This document shows positions 9,153 to 20,800 of a stretch of DNA of 64,000 nucleotides, in pieces. The translations under genes and the position numbers were made by a program. The notes below the pieces were generated by a model that was given only the letters and a program-made list of their open reading frames with translations, was not told where the DNA came from and did no database searches. Numbering within the stretch: position 1 is the stretch's first letter; every line of letters starts with the position of its first letter. The DNA is taken from positions 24,663-88,662 of IMG/VR virus record IMGVR_UViG_3300017963_000228. One strand, written 5' to 3'. Origin of the DNA: a virus.

Positions 9153-12100
9153 TTATAAATTCCGTTCATACCTTAAAAGAGTTGGTGAATATGGACGCCC
9201 ACCAACGGGACCACGAAGAAGCAAATTAAAATAAGGTGCTGTACTGTAATCTGCTTCTTCTCCATAAGCTGAAAGAGAAACTGCTTTAATTCTAAGTAAA
9301 GGCTGATCATATTCGATTTGACTTCCTTCTGTTTGTGCTTGTTCTGCTGTCAAATCCACAAATTCAGAGGTTACTGGAAAAGAAAAAGTATTATAATTAG
9401 CTAATGTAATTAAAGGGTTTGTCCAATTTAAATAAGTATCAGGGGCATCAACAGCATACTGTTCATCAGGAACTTCAACACATCGCACACATCCAATAAA
9501 TTTATTATTAATTGTATCAATACCATTATAATAAATTAATTCTTGATTTACCCAAATATAACCAGATGCGGGAAAAGTTCCCAACATTGTTGTTGAATCA
9601 TATGGTATTTCCGTATAGATATATTCATAATTTTTTTCTTCACAATATTTACTAATTGTCTCAGCCATTACTGACGTTTCTGTTGTGCCTGTAGAACTAA
9701 AAATTACATTTGGTGTTACACTTGAACTAAAAGCAGTTCCAACAAATTGATCATTACCACCATCAATAGAACAATATATTTTAGCACCCAACCAAAAATT
9801 AGTTTCCACAGGACTATAAAAAGTAATATAAACTCGTTGAGTTACATAATCATAATAAGCAAAAAGTCTTCTTACATGAAATGGAATAATATTTGGACTC
9901 ATATTTGTATTTAAGATACCGGATGAACCTGTTTGAATATGTATTTCAGAATAATCATTAAATATTTCCCTTTTATATTCTTCAAGAAGTAATTTACATT
10001 CAAAATCATCCCCAATTTCTTCTATACTTTTAATTCTAAATAATTTAATAAACCATCCGGTAACATTATGTGTTACTCCTACAATATCTCCAACGCACAG
10101 AGCATAACCAATTAAATCAGTATCAAAATTACAACTCCATTCTATATAATTTTCATAATCTAAATAACGAAAAGCCATTCTACTTGCTTGTGTTGCACGA
10201 CAAATTCCGCGCATATCCATTTGTTTAATATGTACATCTCCATCGTAAACATCTTGTCTATAATGATCACTTGCTTCCACAATATCTACATCATAACCTG
10301 TCATACGATTTGTAAACTCAACACGTACCTTATTAATTCTATCTACATTAGATTTTTTAAAATAAGAAAATGATCCTTCTTTAATATTTTGTTTTGAAAT
10401 AAAAACTTCAACTCCATTAGGAGCATAAACTGGTAAATCATCAGAAAGTCGTATGTAAGTACTTCCTTGTTCTATAATAATTATTTCATAATTAACATTA
10501 TCAACTTTAATATAACCAATATCTCCTTTCCAGTAATCCTCTGGATAATCTTCAAAATTTATAAAAATAACATCATATTCATTAGAAAGAGCATTTGTAA
10601 CAAAAGTGTTTTCATCAAATCCAAAATAAAATGAAACAGGTTCATTAGGTGTTGGAACTATAAGTCTATATGCCTTTAAATCATTATGACTATCGGGGCC
10701 ACTAAAACCGGGACACCGATAAAACGCCCCTTGAAAAGTATCCAAAACTTCATCTATATAATCTTTCGCACTTTTTCTTTGTTCATAAGATTTTGAAAAA
10801 AGATATCGTCTTTCAACAATATCAAATGTACGTCCAGCATAATTAATTTTAGCAGGAACATATTCTTGAATTTTATCATCTACATCTAAAGGAGTGTATA
10901 AACCTGTATAAGAATAATGAATAGGAGTGGTTGATTTACTAATAATTGAACTAATAGCACCAACTGGATTAGCATCACACTGATAACTATAAACATGATT
11001 ACCATCAACAGAACAAGCATATTTACAATTTCTTATTGTATAATTAAGAGAACCTTGTGTTACAGTACTTACTCTTGCCCTATCATTATTTCCATCTAAA
11101 GGATAAGCATATCCTGCTTTATTATATTCATTTGGGGGAAAATAGCACCAAGTTTCAAATTCACCACCAAGAGCATATGGAGGTCCGTTCTCATAAGAAA
11201 AAATTAATTTATTATCAAAATCAAATTTTCTTAAATTTGGACTATCTGTTCTGGTACTACGACTTTCTACATACATAGTCGTATAAAGTGGTCCCGTTGC
11301 CCAGCCACCTCTACGATACCATTTAACTAATCCTGCCACATTAACACCTATAGCTAATGTAGAAGAATAATCTCCTTCTTCTGTACTTACAGGTTGATCT
11401 GCCGCAGGAAAAATACCTTGTGTTCCTAAATCCAGAATATATGCACCATTACTTGCATATGGTCCCAAATACTCATATAAAAGGGCATACCAACGCCATT
11501 GATAAGAATTTGATGCTAAATCAAAAACATATGCTTTTACAGCACCCCTATAAACATGACCACTTAAATGAAGGTTTGTTCCTCCAAACTGACTTCTTCC
11601 TGCTCTATTATATGACTTTATCGAAAGATCACTTTTATTAATTACAAGACCTAAATGGCGTTGAGTATTCGTTTGCATTATTAACCATGTAACAGCTATT
11701 TCAGAATCAGTAGATACCGAATGTATAGCCGAAGTTCCAGTATGTGGAATACAAATTTCAAATGCATCAGCGCCAGCATTATAAGCAAAAGGATAATTTT
11801 GATAAAGTTTTCCTAAATATGCCCCCGTATTTTTATTAAAACGTAAAACAACTAAACGTTCAAAACCATCAGCATGTAAAGAAGTATTAAACCAACTATT
11901 ATATTCTAACACATTAAAACCAATATCCCAATCTATAATTGGCAAATTATCTTCTTCTTCAAGTCGATTAAATAGATATTCGTAAAACCATTCATCTGTA
12001 GGATTATAATATCGATAATAATCTGAATCTGCCCCATCCCATCTATCATACACATCAGAAGAAAATGTAAAAAATATTTTATCTCCAACTACTGGATCAC

Positions 12101-13910
12101 GATGTAATGAATCTGAACCAAAATCCACCCAAGAATTTCCTTCATCTGCAATAACAGTTAATGCTCTTGCTTCATACTCCCAATCTTGTGTCCATACTCC
12201 ATCATAAGTTAATAAATAGGCACGATCATAATCCTCATGCTGTTCTGGTACTATTTGAGGATTAAATATATCTGGTTTAACAACAATTACCCTATCTCTT
12301 GTACTTCCTTCACCCACATATCCCCAATCTGCTTGATAACTTCTTTTTCTTGTAACACATACTTTATTTCCTACTTTTGGATAACACCCAAATTCTCCCT
12401 GTACATCTATATAAGTAGATGTTTGATGTATAACCTTTCTTCTTTCATAATGATTTTTTGTAAAATAAAACCATGTATAAGGTTCTTCCATATTAACCCA
12501 ATAATTATCAGGGTATCCACTCCAATCGGCATAAATACGATGAAGTGTACCATATACTGGATCTTCTATTAATTCTGCTTCTTCAGTCATATAACGATAA
12601 TCATACATTATATTCCAAGACTGATATTCCCATCCAAATACAAGAATTTCATCCCCAACAACTTCCATACTCTGACAATAAATGGGTGGAATAGCATTTG
12701 ATACCTGATTTTGTCCGTTAATTGTTATTCGATTAGCACGAATTACAGAATGAATTGTATTATCACTACGATCTAAATAAAAAATATCATATTCAAGAGA
12801 ATAAGGCACATGATGTGTCTGCCAAACACTTCCTCCCCAATGATAATTTCTTCCTAAAAAGAAATACATATGATCAGGATTATCATCAATATCCTGTCTC
12901 CAAAATTTTTGACTATTATTATATCCTTTAGTTATATCATCATAGTTTTTTTGAAGATCTTCTCCACCATATAAATATTCTTCTTCATTTAATAAATGAT
13001 CATATTTAAAAAAACGTGGCAAACCATCATCATATACAGATTCAAATGTTAATGCATAAGAATAATCATTTTCGTTATCACGATAGGTAATCGAATATAC
13101 TTTATTATTAGAATCTTTAAAAGCATAAGTACCACCTAAAGCACTATTACCTGTAACTTCAGTTTTAATATTAGGAAATTTATTATGAACATTACCAAGA
13201 ACAGCATATTCTGGTTTTTCTAAGGAATACAAAAGAGTGCGTATGGTTTTTTGTGGTGCAGGGTCATTTATTATTCCTTCAAATTCAATAACATTATTAT
13301 ATGCATGATGCATATAACCATAAATTACATCCGTAGAAGAAGAATATTGATGAAAAATGGTGTAATGAGGAGTATCTGTATTGGCCTTTTGATATAAAAA
13401 ATCATCCAAACGCATTAACATCCACCAATGTTTGCCATCAAACCATGTATTATTTACAATACCTCCATCAACACTTGATAGACAAACAAAATGAGTTGTA
13501 TATAAATTTGGTTCAATGGTTTGATCACTTCCAAAAAACCCACCATCAATTTCTTCTACAAAAGTTTCTTCTAAAATACCACCATAATAACTTGCAGGAT
13601 AAAGACCTGATTTTTGAACGTCTAACCAAATGCAATTATTTGTTGAAATAAAAGTTCCTACCACAAAAGGTGCTGGAGATCCCTTAGTAATTTGTTCTGG
13701 ACGAAGTAGTAAATTTGGAGCAACATTTTTGGCATCATCTTTATTAAGCAAAAGACCTAACACTGAAACAAACATCATAATACCGGGGAAAGAACCAAGG
13801 TAATTAAAAAATTGATTAATACCTTGACCCATTCCTGCTCCGATAGAAGACATACTATCCATAACATATGGCTGAACAGTACCGCTTCCTTCACTAAAAT
13901 TTGAAGTCAT
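9153..13910 (-). CDS. Large tail tip / central fibre protein (gpJ / phage-tail_3-like), second copy
   Basis: C-terminal half has NKVRVEFTNR...GICRATQASRMA...GDIVGVTHNVTGW...FRIKSIEE; long aromatic-rich N-terminal insertion. Confidence 0.75.
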   Translation of the reverse strand: MTSNFSEGSGTVQPYVMDSMSSIGAGMGQGINQFFNYLGSFPGIMMFVSVLGLLLNKDDAKNVAPNLLLRPEQITKGSPAPFVVGTFISTNNCIWLDVQKSGLYPASYYGGILEETFVEEIDGGFFGSDQTIEPNLYTTHFVCLSSVDGGIVNNTWFDGKHWWMLMRLDDFLYQKANTDTPHYTIFHQYSSSTDVIYGYMHHAYNNVIEFEGIINDPAPQKTIRTLLYSLEKPEYAVLGNVHNKFPNIKTEVTGNSALGGTYAFKDSNNKVYSITYRDNENDYSYALTFESVYDDGLPRFFKYDHLLNEEEYLYGGEDLQKNYDDITKGYNNSQKFWRQDIDDNPDHMYFFLGRNYHWGGSVWQTHHVPYSLEYDIFYLDRSDNTIHSVIRANRITINGQNQVSNAIPPIYCQSMEVVGDEILVFGWEYQSWNIMYDYRYMTEEAELIEDPVYGTLHRIYADWSGYPDNYWVNMEEPYTWFYFTKNHYERRKVIHQTSTYIDVQGEFGCYPKVGNKVCVTRKRSYQADWGYVGEGSTRDRVIVVKPDIFNPQIVPEQHEDYDRAYLLTYDGVWTQDWEYEARALTVIADEGNSWVDFGSDSLHRDPVVGDKIFFTFSSDVYDRWDGADSDYYRYYNPTDEWFYEYLFNRLEEEDNLPIIDWDIGFNVLEYNSWFNTSLHADGFERLVVLRFNKNTGAYLGKLYQNYPFAYNAGADAFEICIPHTGTSAIHSVSTDSEIAVTWLIMQTNTQRHLGLVINKSDLSIKSYNRAGRSQFGGTNLHLSGHVYRGAVKAYVFDLASNSYQWRWYALLYEYLGPYASNGAYILDLGTQGIFPAADQPVSTEEGDYSSTLAIGVNVAGLVKWYRRGGWATGPLYTTMYVESRSTRTDSPNLRKFDFDNKLIFSYENGPPYALGGEFETWCYFPPNEYNKAGYAYPLDGNNDRARVSTVTQGSLNYTIRNCKYACSVDGNHVYSYQCDANPVGAISSIISKSTTPIHYSYTGLYTPLDVDDKIQEYVPAKINYAGRTFDIVERRYLFSKSYEQRKSAKDYIDEVLDTFQGAFYRCPGFSGPDSHNDLKAYRLIVPTPNEPVSFYFGFDENTFVTNALSNEYDVIFINFEDYPEDYWKGDIGYIKVDNVNYEIIIIEQGSTYIRLSDDLPVYAPNGVEVFISKQNIKEGSFSYFKKSNVDRINKVRVEFTNRMTGYDVDIVEASDHYRQDVYDGDVHIKQMDMRGICRATQASRMAFRYLDYENYIEWSCNFDTDLIGYALCVGDIVGVTHNVTGWFIKLFRIKSIEEIGDDFECKLLLEEYKREIFNDYSEIHIQTGSSGILNTNMSPNIIPFHVRRLFAYYDYVTQRVYITFYSPVETNFWLGAKIYCSIDGGNDQFVGTAFSSSVTPNVIFSSTGTTETSVMAETISKYCEEKNYEYIYTEIPYDSTTMLGTFPASGYIWVNQELIYYNGIDTINNKFIGCVRCVEVPDEQYAVDAPDTYLNWTNPLITLANYNTFSFPVTSEFVDLTAEQAQTEGSQIEYDQPLLRIKAVSLSAYGEEADYSTAPYFNLLLRGPVGGRPYSPTLLRYERNL

Positions 13911-13929
13911 TATATTTTCCTAAAAAACT

Positions 13930-16182
13930 TTATGAAATAATAATAGAATCTTCTGGTGCTGTATCAAAATCAGCTTCAATACCAACTATATTTTGTGATA
14001 CAGCTTTAATATACCATGTACTTCCAACATCAGAAGCATCAAAGGTTATATAACTATACATATTAGATCGTTTGTTATGACAATATTCGGTATCTGCATG
14101 AGAAGCAGCATTACTTCCTCTGGTACATCCCTCAAATTGATCTAATGTATCATTAATAGATGTATAAGAGATTAATTCATCTTCAATCCAAAATTCTCCT
14201 GAATCTGGAAATGTTCCATAAATAGTACTTAAATCGTAAGGAATAGAAGTTTGAACATCATCAATACCACCCGTTGCCAATTTTACACTTGAGGTAACAG
14301 ATGATAATACTTTTTCTGCATTATACTCACCACTAACTCCCTTTTTTATGTAAATCATTGCACCATAAAACCAATTTTGATTTTCTGGTCTTTTAAAACA
14401 AATATACAGAATATTATTTGTTTCATCCTGAACAACATGTAATCTTTCCACATGAGCAGGGGATGAATAAACAGATGGAATCATATATCCACTTGTTTCA
14501 TATAGTTGTTGTGGTATTTCATCATCAAAAATAGTTCGATCATATTCCATACAATTTATTTTTATTTCATCACTTTCTATTTCTTCTAAAGAAATAATTC
14601 TAAATTCTTTTCGTACCCATCCAGTTGTTGAATGAGAAATCCCAATAATATCTCCAACTTTATAAAAGTAACCAACTAAATCCGTAGAGAATTCACAAAA
14701 CCAACGCATACCCCTACCAGCATCACAATAATATTTTGCTAAACGAATTGCTTGTGATCTTCTTTTTACGCCAGCACAACGTATTTGTTGAGTTTTGTCA
14801 TCTTCATTTTCAACTTCCAAATATGGATCTGGTGATTCCCATTCAACAACATCCCACTGATATTCGTTTGTATTACCTGAAACTAAATCTTTAAAATTTC
14901 TATTAATAAATTCAACTCTGCAAATTTTTACAATATCTAATTTAGATGTTTTACTAAAATTAAAAGTACCTTCTTTTATATTATCTTTTCTAATTGTAAA
15001 AGTTTCATTGGTAGGTGCAGAAGGAAGACTATCAATCAAATCAACATAATCTGTTCCCATTGTATTAATCGTAAATTCATATTCTATTCCACCCAATGTA
15101 ATTTTTCCAACTTCTCCTTCCCAATAACCTAAAGGTTCTGTAAAAGCGGAACTAACATAAATACGATCAACAGTGCTTGACCCTGTAGCCGTAAAAGTTT
15201 CCTCATGTTCGTCACTAAAATATCCTTGTACTTCTTCTAAATCATTTTCAATAATAATATAAATTTTACCTTGACACCACGTAAGAATACCACGACATGT
15301 CATTAAAATATCTCTTACAAAATCATATCCTTTTGCTCTTGTATCAAGATAGTTTGAATAACGAAATCGTGGTTCCTGTATTGTGCTTCCTTCTTCATTT
15401 ACATAAGAAACTATTTCATCACAATAATCAGCCGCAATTTTCCAAGAAGAATCTACAGTATCAGGATCACCATCAAACCAAGCAGAATCAATAGCAGCAC
15501 CTACTCTTGTATCCGTTAAAAAATGGTACAAAACCCTAACTGGATTTGCATCTTCTTCTCCAGATTCAGTAAGAAATGCTTTCACTTCAGCAGAAAAAGA
15601 AGGTACATTATTAAAATACCCACCATCAAAAAAAGCATAAACATATGAATATGTCGTATAAATATAAGGAATAGCAGGGGCAGCAGATCCAGAAAGAAAG
15701 GAATCTATAGAAGGATCTACAGTTTGACTATTAGTTCCTAAATAAGATCGAATAGTAAAATATTGGTCATCTTGAATATTTTCACCAATTGTTTTTTCAT
15801 TAATCCAATATTTTAAAAATTCAATTGCTGGACCCTCACAATGGGCAATAGCAAATTCCATCCACATTTGAGGGGTATACTCTGGATTCTTTTTACTTCC
15901 TCCTTCATCCATTTGCACACCCATATCACCTAACCACAAACAACCTCCATGTAATTTACATTGTCCATATGCTAATGTAACTGGAGCATTACGAATATAG
16001 GTGTTAATCCCAACATCTCCTAAAGGTGGAGGATTAGGAGCAGGGGGAGGATCAATCCAACCACCAATCATACCACCGATAGCCATACCCTGCATAGCAC
16101 CGGGAAAATTTCCAATAACACCACCAATAATAGCACCAGCAACACTTCCAACAATTTGCCCCGTTGTCATATCACCAGACAT
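13930..16182 (-). CDS. Tail tip hub / host-specificity protein (gpJ / phage-tail_3-like)
   Basis: Gly-rich N-terminus, PVTLAYG, DANPVRVLYHFLTD, RVEFINR, GDIIGISH; follows NlpC/P60. Confidence 0.8.
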   Translation of the reverse strand: MSGDMTTGQIVGSVAGAIIGGVIGNFPGAMQGMAIGGMIGGWIDPPPAPNPPPLGDVGINTYIRNAPVTLAYGQCKLHGGCLWLGDMGVQMDEGGSKKNPEYTPQMWMEFAIAHCEGPAIEFLKYWINEKTIGENIQDDQYFTIRSYLGTNSQTVDPSIDSFLSGSAAPAIPYIYTTYSYVYAFFDGGYFNNVPSFSAEVKAFLTESGEEDANPVRVLYHFLTDTRVGAAIDSAWFDGDPDTVDSSWKIAADYCDEIVSYVNEEGSTIQEPRFRYSNYLDTRAKGYDFVRDILMTCRGILTWCQGKIYIIIENDLEEVQGYFSDEHEETFTATGSSTVDRIYVSSAFTEPLGYWEGEVGKITLGGIEYEFTINTMGTDYVDLIDSLPSAPTNETFTIRKDNIKEGTFNFSKTSKLDIVKICRVEFINRNFKDLVSGNTNEYQWDVVEWESPDPYLEVENEDDKTQQIRCAGVKRRSQAIRLAKYYCDAGRGMRWFCEFSTDLVGYFYKVGDIIGISHSTTGWVRKEFRIISLEEIESDEIKINCMEYDRTIFDDEIPQQLYETSGYMIPSVYSSPAHVERLHVVQDETNNILYICFKRPENQNWFYGAMIYIKKGVSGEYNAEKVLSSVTSSVKLATGGIDDVQTSIPYDLSTIYGTFPDSGEFWIEDELISYTSINDTLDQFEGCTRGSNAASHADTEYCHNKRSNMYSYITFDASDVGSTWYIKAVSQNIVGIEADFDTAPEDSIIIS

Positions 16183-16636
16183 ATTTTATATCCTTATGCT
16201 TTAAAAAATAAGCAAACCTTTTATAATAACCAGAAGAATGTAAATCTTCTAAATGAACTCCACGTAATCTACGAATTCGTGAACTACTGGCATGAATAAA
16301 TTGGTTTTCATTAATCATTATACCAACATGATTTACTGGAACATCTTTACCAAATAGTCGAAAAGTTATTAAACATCCTTTTAAATAATCTGAAACTATT
16401 TCAAAACCACCAAAATTTGTTAATCCATTTAAAAGTCTTTCCCCTTGATACTTTTTATCTTTCCACCACGTAGGAGGATATGAAAGACCATCATTACGAA
16501 CTAAAGATAACCCAGCCCTACTATGAGATAAATACACAAGACCCAAACAATCTAAACCAATTGTAGATCGTCCATAATGACAAAATGGAATTCCAATAAG
16601 TTTCTTGGTTTCCTGTACAATTCTTTCAGAATCCAA
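16172..16636 (-). CDS. NlpC/P60 tail-associated peptidase
   Basis: GIPFCHYGRSTIGLDCLGLV and HVGIM...FIHA catalytic motifs. Confidence 0.9.
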   Translation of the reverse strand: MDSERIVQETKKLIGIPFCHYGRSTIGLDCLGLVYLSHSRAGLSLVRNDGLSYPPTWWKDKKYQGERLLNGLTNFGGFEIVSDYLKGCLITFRLFGKDVPVNHVGIMINENQFIHASSSRIRRLRGVHLEDLHSSGYYKRFAYFLKHKDIKYVW

Positions 16637-16650
16637 TTTATTCTCTCTAA

Positions 16651-17481
16651 TTATATTATGGGTTGTTTTGGAACGTGAGGATAACCACCGTAGTTATTAT
16701 AATTATTAAATATGTTTTGACAGGCATCTGGATTTTTAGCACACAGTTTTTGAATTTTTATTTCTGTACCAGATGTAATTGTATAGCCAAATGGGATTCT
16801 AACAGTAACACTATTTGTATCATTAGAAAGAACTGGACGTACATCTCCAGCATATTCCCCATCCATAATTTCAACATATCCCGGCACATAATAATCGGTA
16901 CTATGAGCATGATTGCAAGAAAGTGTGGTTCCATCAGATTGAGCAGTTAATACTACAGTATCATTATAATTGTTAATATTTATATCACATTGATTTGGTG
17001 TTCCAAATAACCAATTACATCCAATTTGATAAACACGTTTAGGAAACTCACGGTCCAATAAAGGTAAGGGTCTTAATGTCATGGTAAGCCAGTGTTCATC
17101 TCCTTTAGGAGCATCTAACAATCCATAAAAAATTGGAACTGTTCCTGCAACATTATAACCTCCAGAAAAAGGATATCCAAAAACAAGTTCAATCATACAC
17201 CAACGATTATCATATAAACCTTTCATTACATCTTGTTTAAATGATAGATTAACATTATCAAGTCCAATTTCAACTTCATTCATTACAGTTCCTTCTTCAG
17301 ATTTAATTGTAGACCTTTTTATAGCCAACGCAGTATATTCATCAATATCTTCGTTGTTAGCTATAAAATATGTATCCCAAGAAGGATATGAGGAATTAAT
17401 ACAAAAACGATATCCTGTCCAAACCACAGTGGATTTTTTAAAAAAATATGGAAGTAAATTAGAATTTATTTCTTTAGGCAT
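16651..17481 (-). CDS. DUF2163/BR0599-like tail hub protein (lambda gpL-like, Fe-S Cys motif)
   Basis: YQIGCNW...QC and C-terminal CAKNPDACQNIFNNYNNYGGYPHVP. Confidence 0.85.
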   Translation of the reverse strand: MPKEINSNLLPYFFKKSTVVWTGYRFCINSSYPSWDTYFIANNEDIDEYTALAIKRSTIKSEEGTVMNEVEIGLDNVNLSFKQDVMKGLYDNRWCMIELVFGYPFSGGYNVAGTVPIFYGLLDAPKGDEHWLTMTLRPLPLLDREFPKRVYQIGCNWLFGTPNQCDININNYNDTVVLTAQSDGTTLSCNHAHSTDYYVPGYVEIMDGEYAGDVRPVLSNDTNSVTVRIPFGYTITSGTEIKIQKLCAKNPDACQNIFNNYNNYGGYPHVPKQPII

Positions 17482-17840
17482 TACGGTAGTTCCTCCAAAA
17501 ACGTAATTTCAAAATTCCATATATTATTCATACCAGCAACATGAGTGTAGCTAAAACTTTCATAAGTTACGTAATATGGACTTCCACCAGTACTATCAAA
17601 CCATGCTGGAGTAACAGTCCAATTAAAAGGAGTTAATCCTGCCGTCTGACCTGTATAATGAGCAAGAATTGCATCCTTTTCAGCATTTGTTCTACCACGA
17701 ATTTCAATAGACCAACGACTTTGTGGTAGAGAAGATTTTAACCTTCTTTTAATTCTCCATCCCTCCATTTTTGTTTGAATAATATTATAAACTGGAGGTT
17801 CAGGATTAAAACTATGAATTTCAAATGTAAAATCAGCCAT
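17481..17840 (-). CDS. Distal tail protein (gpM/Dit-like)
   Basis: 119 aa directly after tape measure; PFNWT, ITFLE motifs. Confidence 0.65.
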   Translation of the reverse strand: MADFTFEIHSFNPEPPVYNIIQTKMEGWRIKRRLKSSLPQSRWSIEIRGRTNAEKDAILAHYTGQTAGLTPFNWTVTPAWFDSTGGSPYYVTYESFSYTHVAGMNNIWNFEITFLEELP

Positions 17841-20800
17841 TACATACCCCTCCGTACCATACTACGAATATTTTTATTATTTCTAAAAGATTTAGCAATG
17901 CTTGCTTCAATTACACTTTGATTCTGCATAATAAATTCAACTCCGGTACGAGTATCGATAGCATTAAGATTCAATGGCATCTGAAAAATAACCTGTTGAG
18001 AAGAACCACCCATATCTTTAGCTCTTTCAAACCATTCGCTAACAGGTGTTACCATTTCAGATTTACCATTCTTAGCAAATTCATATGTCTTTCCAGTTTT
18101 CATACCCTTACCAACAACAGGTTCCGTAATCATACCACCAGTATCAAATAAACTAAAACCTCCTCCTAAACCACTTCCACCACCAAAGTATGAAGTAACA
18201 AACCCTAATGCTGTTTTTACATAACCCATGATATCACTACCACCACCACCGCCGCCACCACTTCCACTTCCACCACCAAAAAGACCACCAACAAAATCAA
18301 AGATTCCTCCAAATAAATCTTTACCTCCTTGTACAACCCCACTTGCTAAAGTTGTTACAACTTTTCCTATCCATCCAAAAACTTCAGAAAATCCATTTTT
18401 TAATCTTGAATTAGTTTCCCCAACATTTTCTTCTATAACAGCAGTACTTTCCTTTACGGCTTCCGTAACTTTAGTTTGTTGTGCTGCCATCATAGCTCTT
18501 GTATTTTCCGTATAACCAACTATAATTACGGGAACTGGATTAGAAAAAGTATTCCCTAATCCAGATTTATTTTCTATAATAGATTTTTCTCTACCTTTTT
18601 CTCCAATTTTACCCAAGGCAACCGCAGCAGAACCAACTTGTTCAATATTCGTTGGTGGAGCATTCATAGTTGCTGTTCCTGCTCCAGATCCTAATTTATC
18701 CATTAAATTATCAACAACGAGTCTTTTAATGGATGCTTTTACCATATCTCTTACAATAGATTCCCAAAGGGATTTCATCGATTCGCCAAAATTTTCAAAA
18801 TCCAAAACAAGATCAGTGAGAGAATCAGACAATCCATCAGCCCAATTCTTACTCATTTCAATCATGTCATTCCAAAGTGGATGTTGCTTTTTCCACAATT
18901 CTTCTTCAAATGTTTTTTGAATTTGAATAAATTCAGCTTGCAAAGCAGCAGAATATCTTTGAGCATTCTCAGCACCTTCTTTCCAATTACCCGCATCATC
19001 TTTCCATTTAGCATCAATTTCTTCCATTTGAGACTGATAATTAATCAATGCTTTTTGCTGCTCAACATGTAATTGAAGCACTTCTCCTTCAAGTTGTTTA
19101 ATCGGACTATAACTATTTACCAAACGAGAAGCTTGAGCATTTTGAGCATCAAGTATTTTTAAACTTGCTTCTCTTGTTTGATTAATTTTTTCTAATTCAA
19201 TTCGTTCTTTCTTTGCATTCATTACACCTTGCAGAGCTAACAGTTTATCATCTTCACTGAGTTCTTCATTAGCTCTTATTTTTTGACTGAGCTTATCCAT
19301 CTCAGCATTTATTTCTTCATAAGGATTCATGACCTTATGAGAATTAATGGTGTTAAAAAGCTCAATTAATTCTTCTTTATATTCTCTGGCGTCTTGAAGC
19401 TGGCGTTTCATAAAACCAAGATCCAATGCTTTCATCAATGAATCAGCATTTTCTCTGGCAATCTCATTTGTATGGGTCATCTCAATGATTCGTTCTTCCA
19501 TCAAGGTTTTCCACTTATTCGTTTTATCTTCCCTTGTTTCAGGACGATCATAGAGTTCAGTCATCAGTACATTAAACTGACGTTTTGCTTGAGCATATGC
19601 TTTTGTTTCTTTTTCATTTAAATCTTCAAGAGCTTTATGACGTTTCTCTGCTGCTGCTTTTTCTACATATTCTATTTGAGCAAGGTATTCTTTAAAACCC
19701 TGAATTTGAGTAGCAAGAACTTTTTGTTCCCCAGCACCCAAACCAATACCCGCTTCATATGCACTTTGTAAAAATGCAATATTTTCTTTAAGTTTTCTTT
19801 TTGTTTCATCTAATCCTTCAACATCAATTTCATACTGAACTTGAATTTTTTCTTTGTCTGATGCTGCGGCTTTTCTAAGCTCTTTAAATTTAGTACCAAG
19901 TTTACCCATTTCTTCAGCCATATTACTAAATGGATGTGGAATGGTTTTAAGTTTACCCAACTCTGTTTGTTTTTTAGCAGTTTTATCTAATGCTTTATAT
20001 GCATTTTCAATTGATTTATTAATATCCTTCCAAATTTGGGGTATTTCAGCTAATTTACTCTTAAAATCGCCTGTAAGTGAATCAGAATTTTTTATAGCAG
20101 CATAAAACTGATCTACACCACTTTTAATTACTGGCATTTGCCATGTAGCGATACCATACAGAATATCACCCATTGCTTTAAACATGCTAAGAATAAATCG
20201 TACTCCAGTAGACCATCCTTCTGTTAATGCTTGAATTACTGTCATCCATGAACGAATAATACCAAGAACCCGCATTATACCTTCAAAAACAACTCCTACT
20301 AATTTCATCTCTCCTTGAAACTTATTTGCATTATCAGACAAACCACCAAACAAAGTAGTAAATATAGAACTAATTACACTTAATTCAGAAACAATTGTTT
20401 TGATTAAACCCCATATGGTCATAGTCACCTGTTGTACAGTTTCCATTGCCATACCAAGTCCAGTAGCAATTTCTTTACCTCTTTCTGTAAGCTGTAATCC
20501 CTTATCTGTTACTGTAGCTATAGATTCTGCCAAATTAAAAAGTTTTTCAGAAATTTCCACTAAAGTATATTCAGCACCAATACGTTGAATTAATCCCCAA
20601 ATCGCTTTTAATCTATTTATTACTGCACCAAATTCTTTTTCCATTCTGCGGTTCATTTCATCAAATGGACGAAGTGCATCAGCTAAAGCATCAATCATAT
20701 TGACGCCTTCTTCTCTGGCATCTTTAATTACCTGTTGAATATCAATTCCGATAAATTTAAACATCATTGCTAATTGGTCTGTAGCTCTTTGTCTTCCAGC

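Noticed and set aside
1-16182. Diversity-generating retroelement acting on fibre genes
   Set aside because: No reverse transcriptase and no TR/VR pair differing at adenines seen; paralogues are diverged throughout
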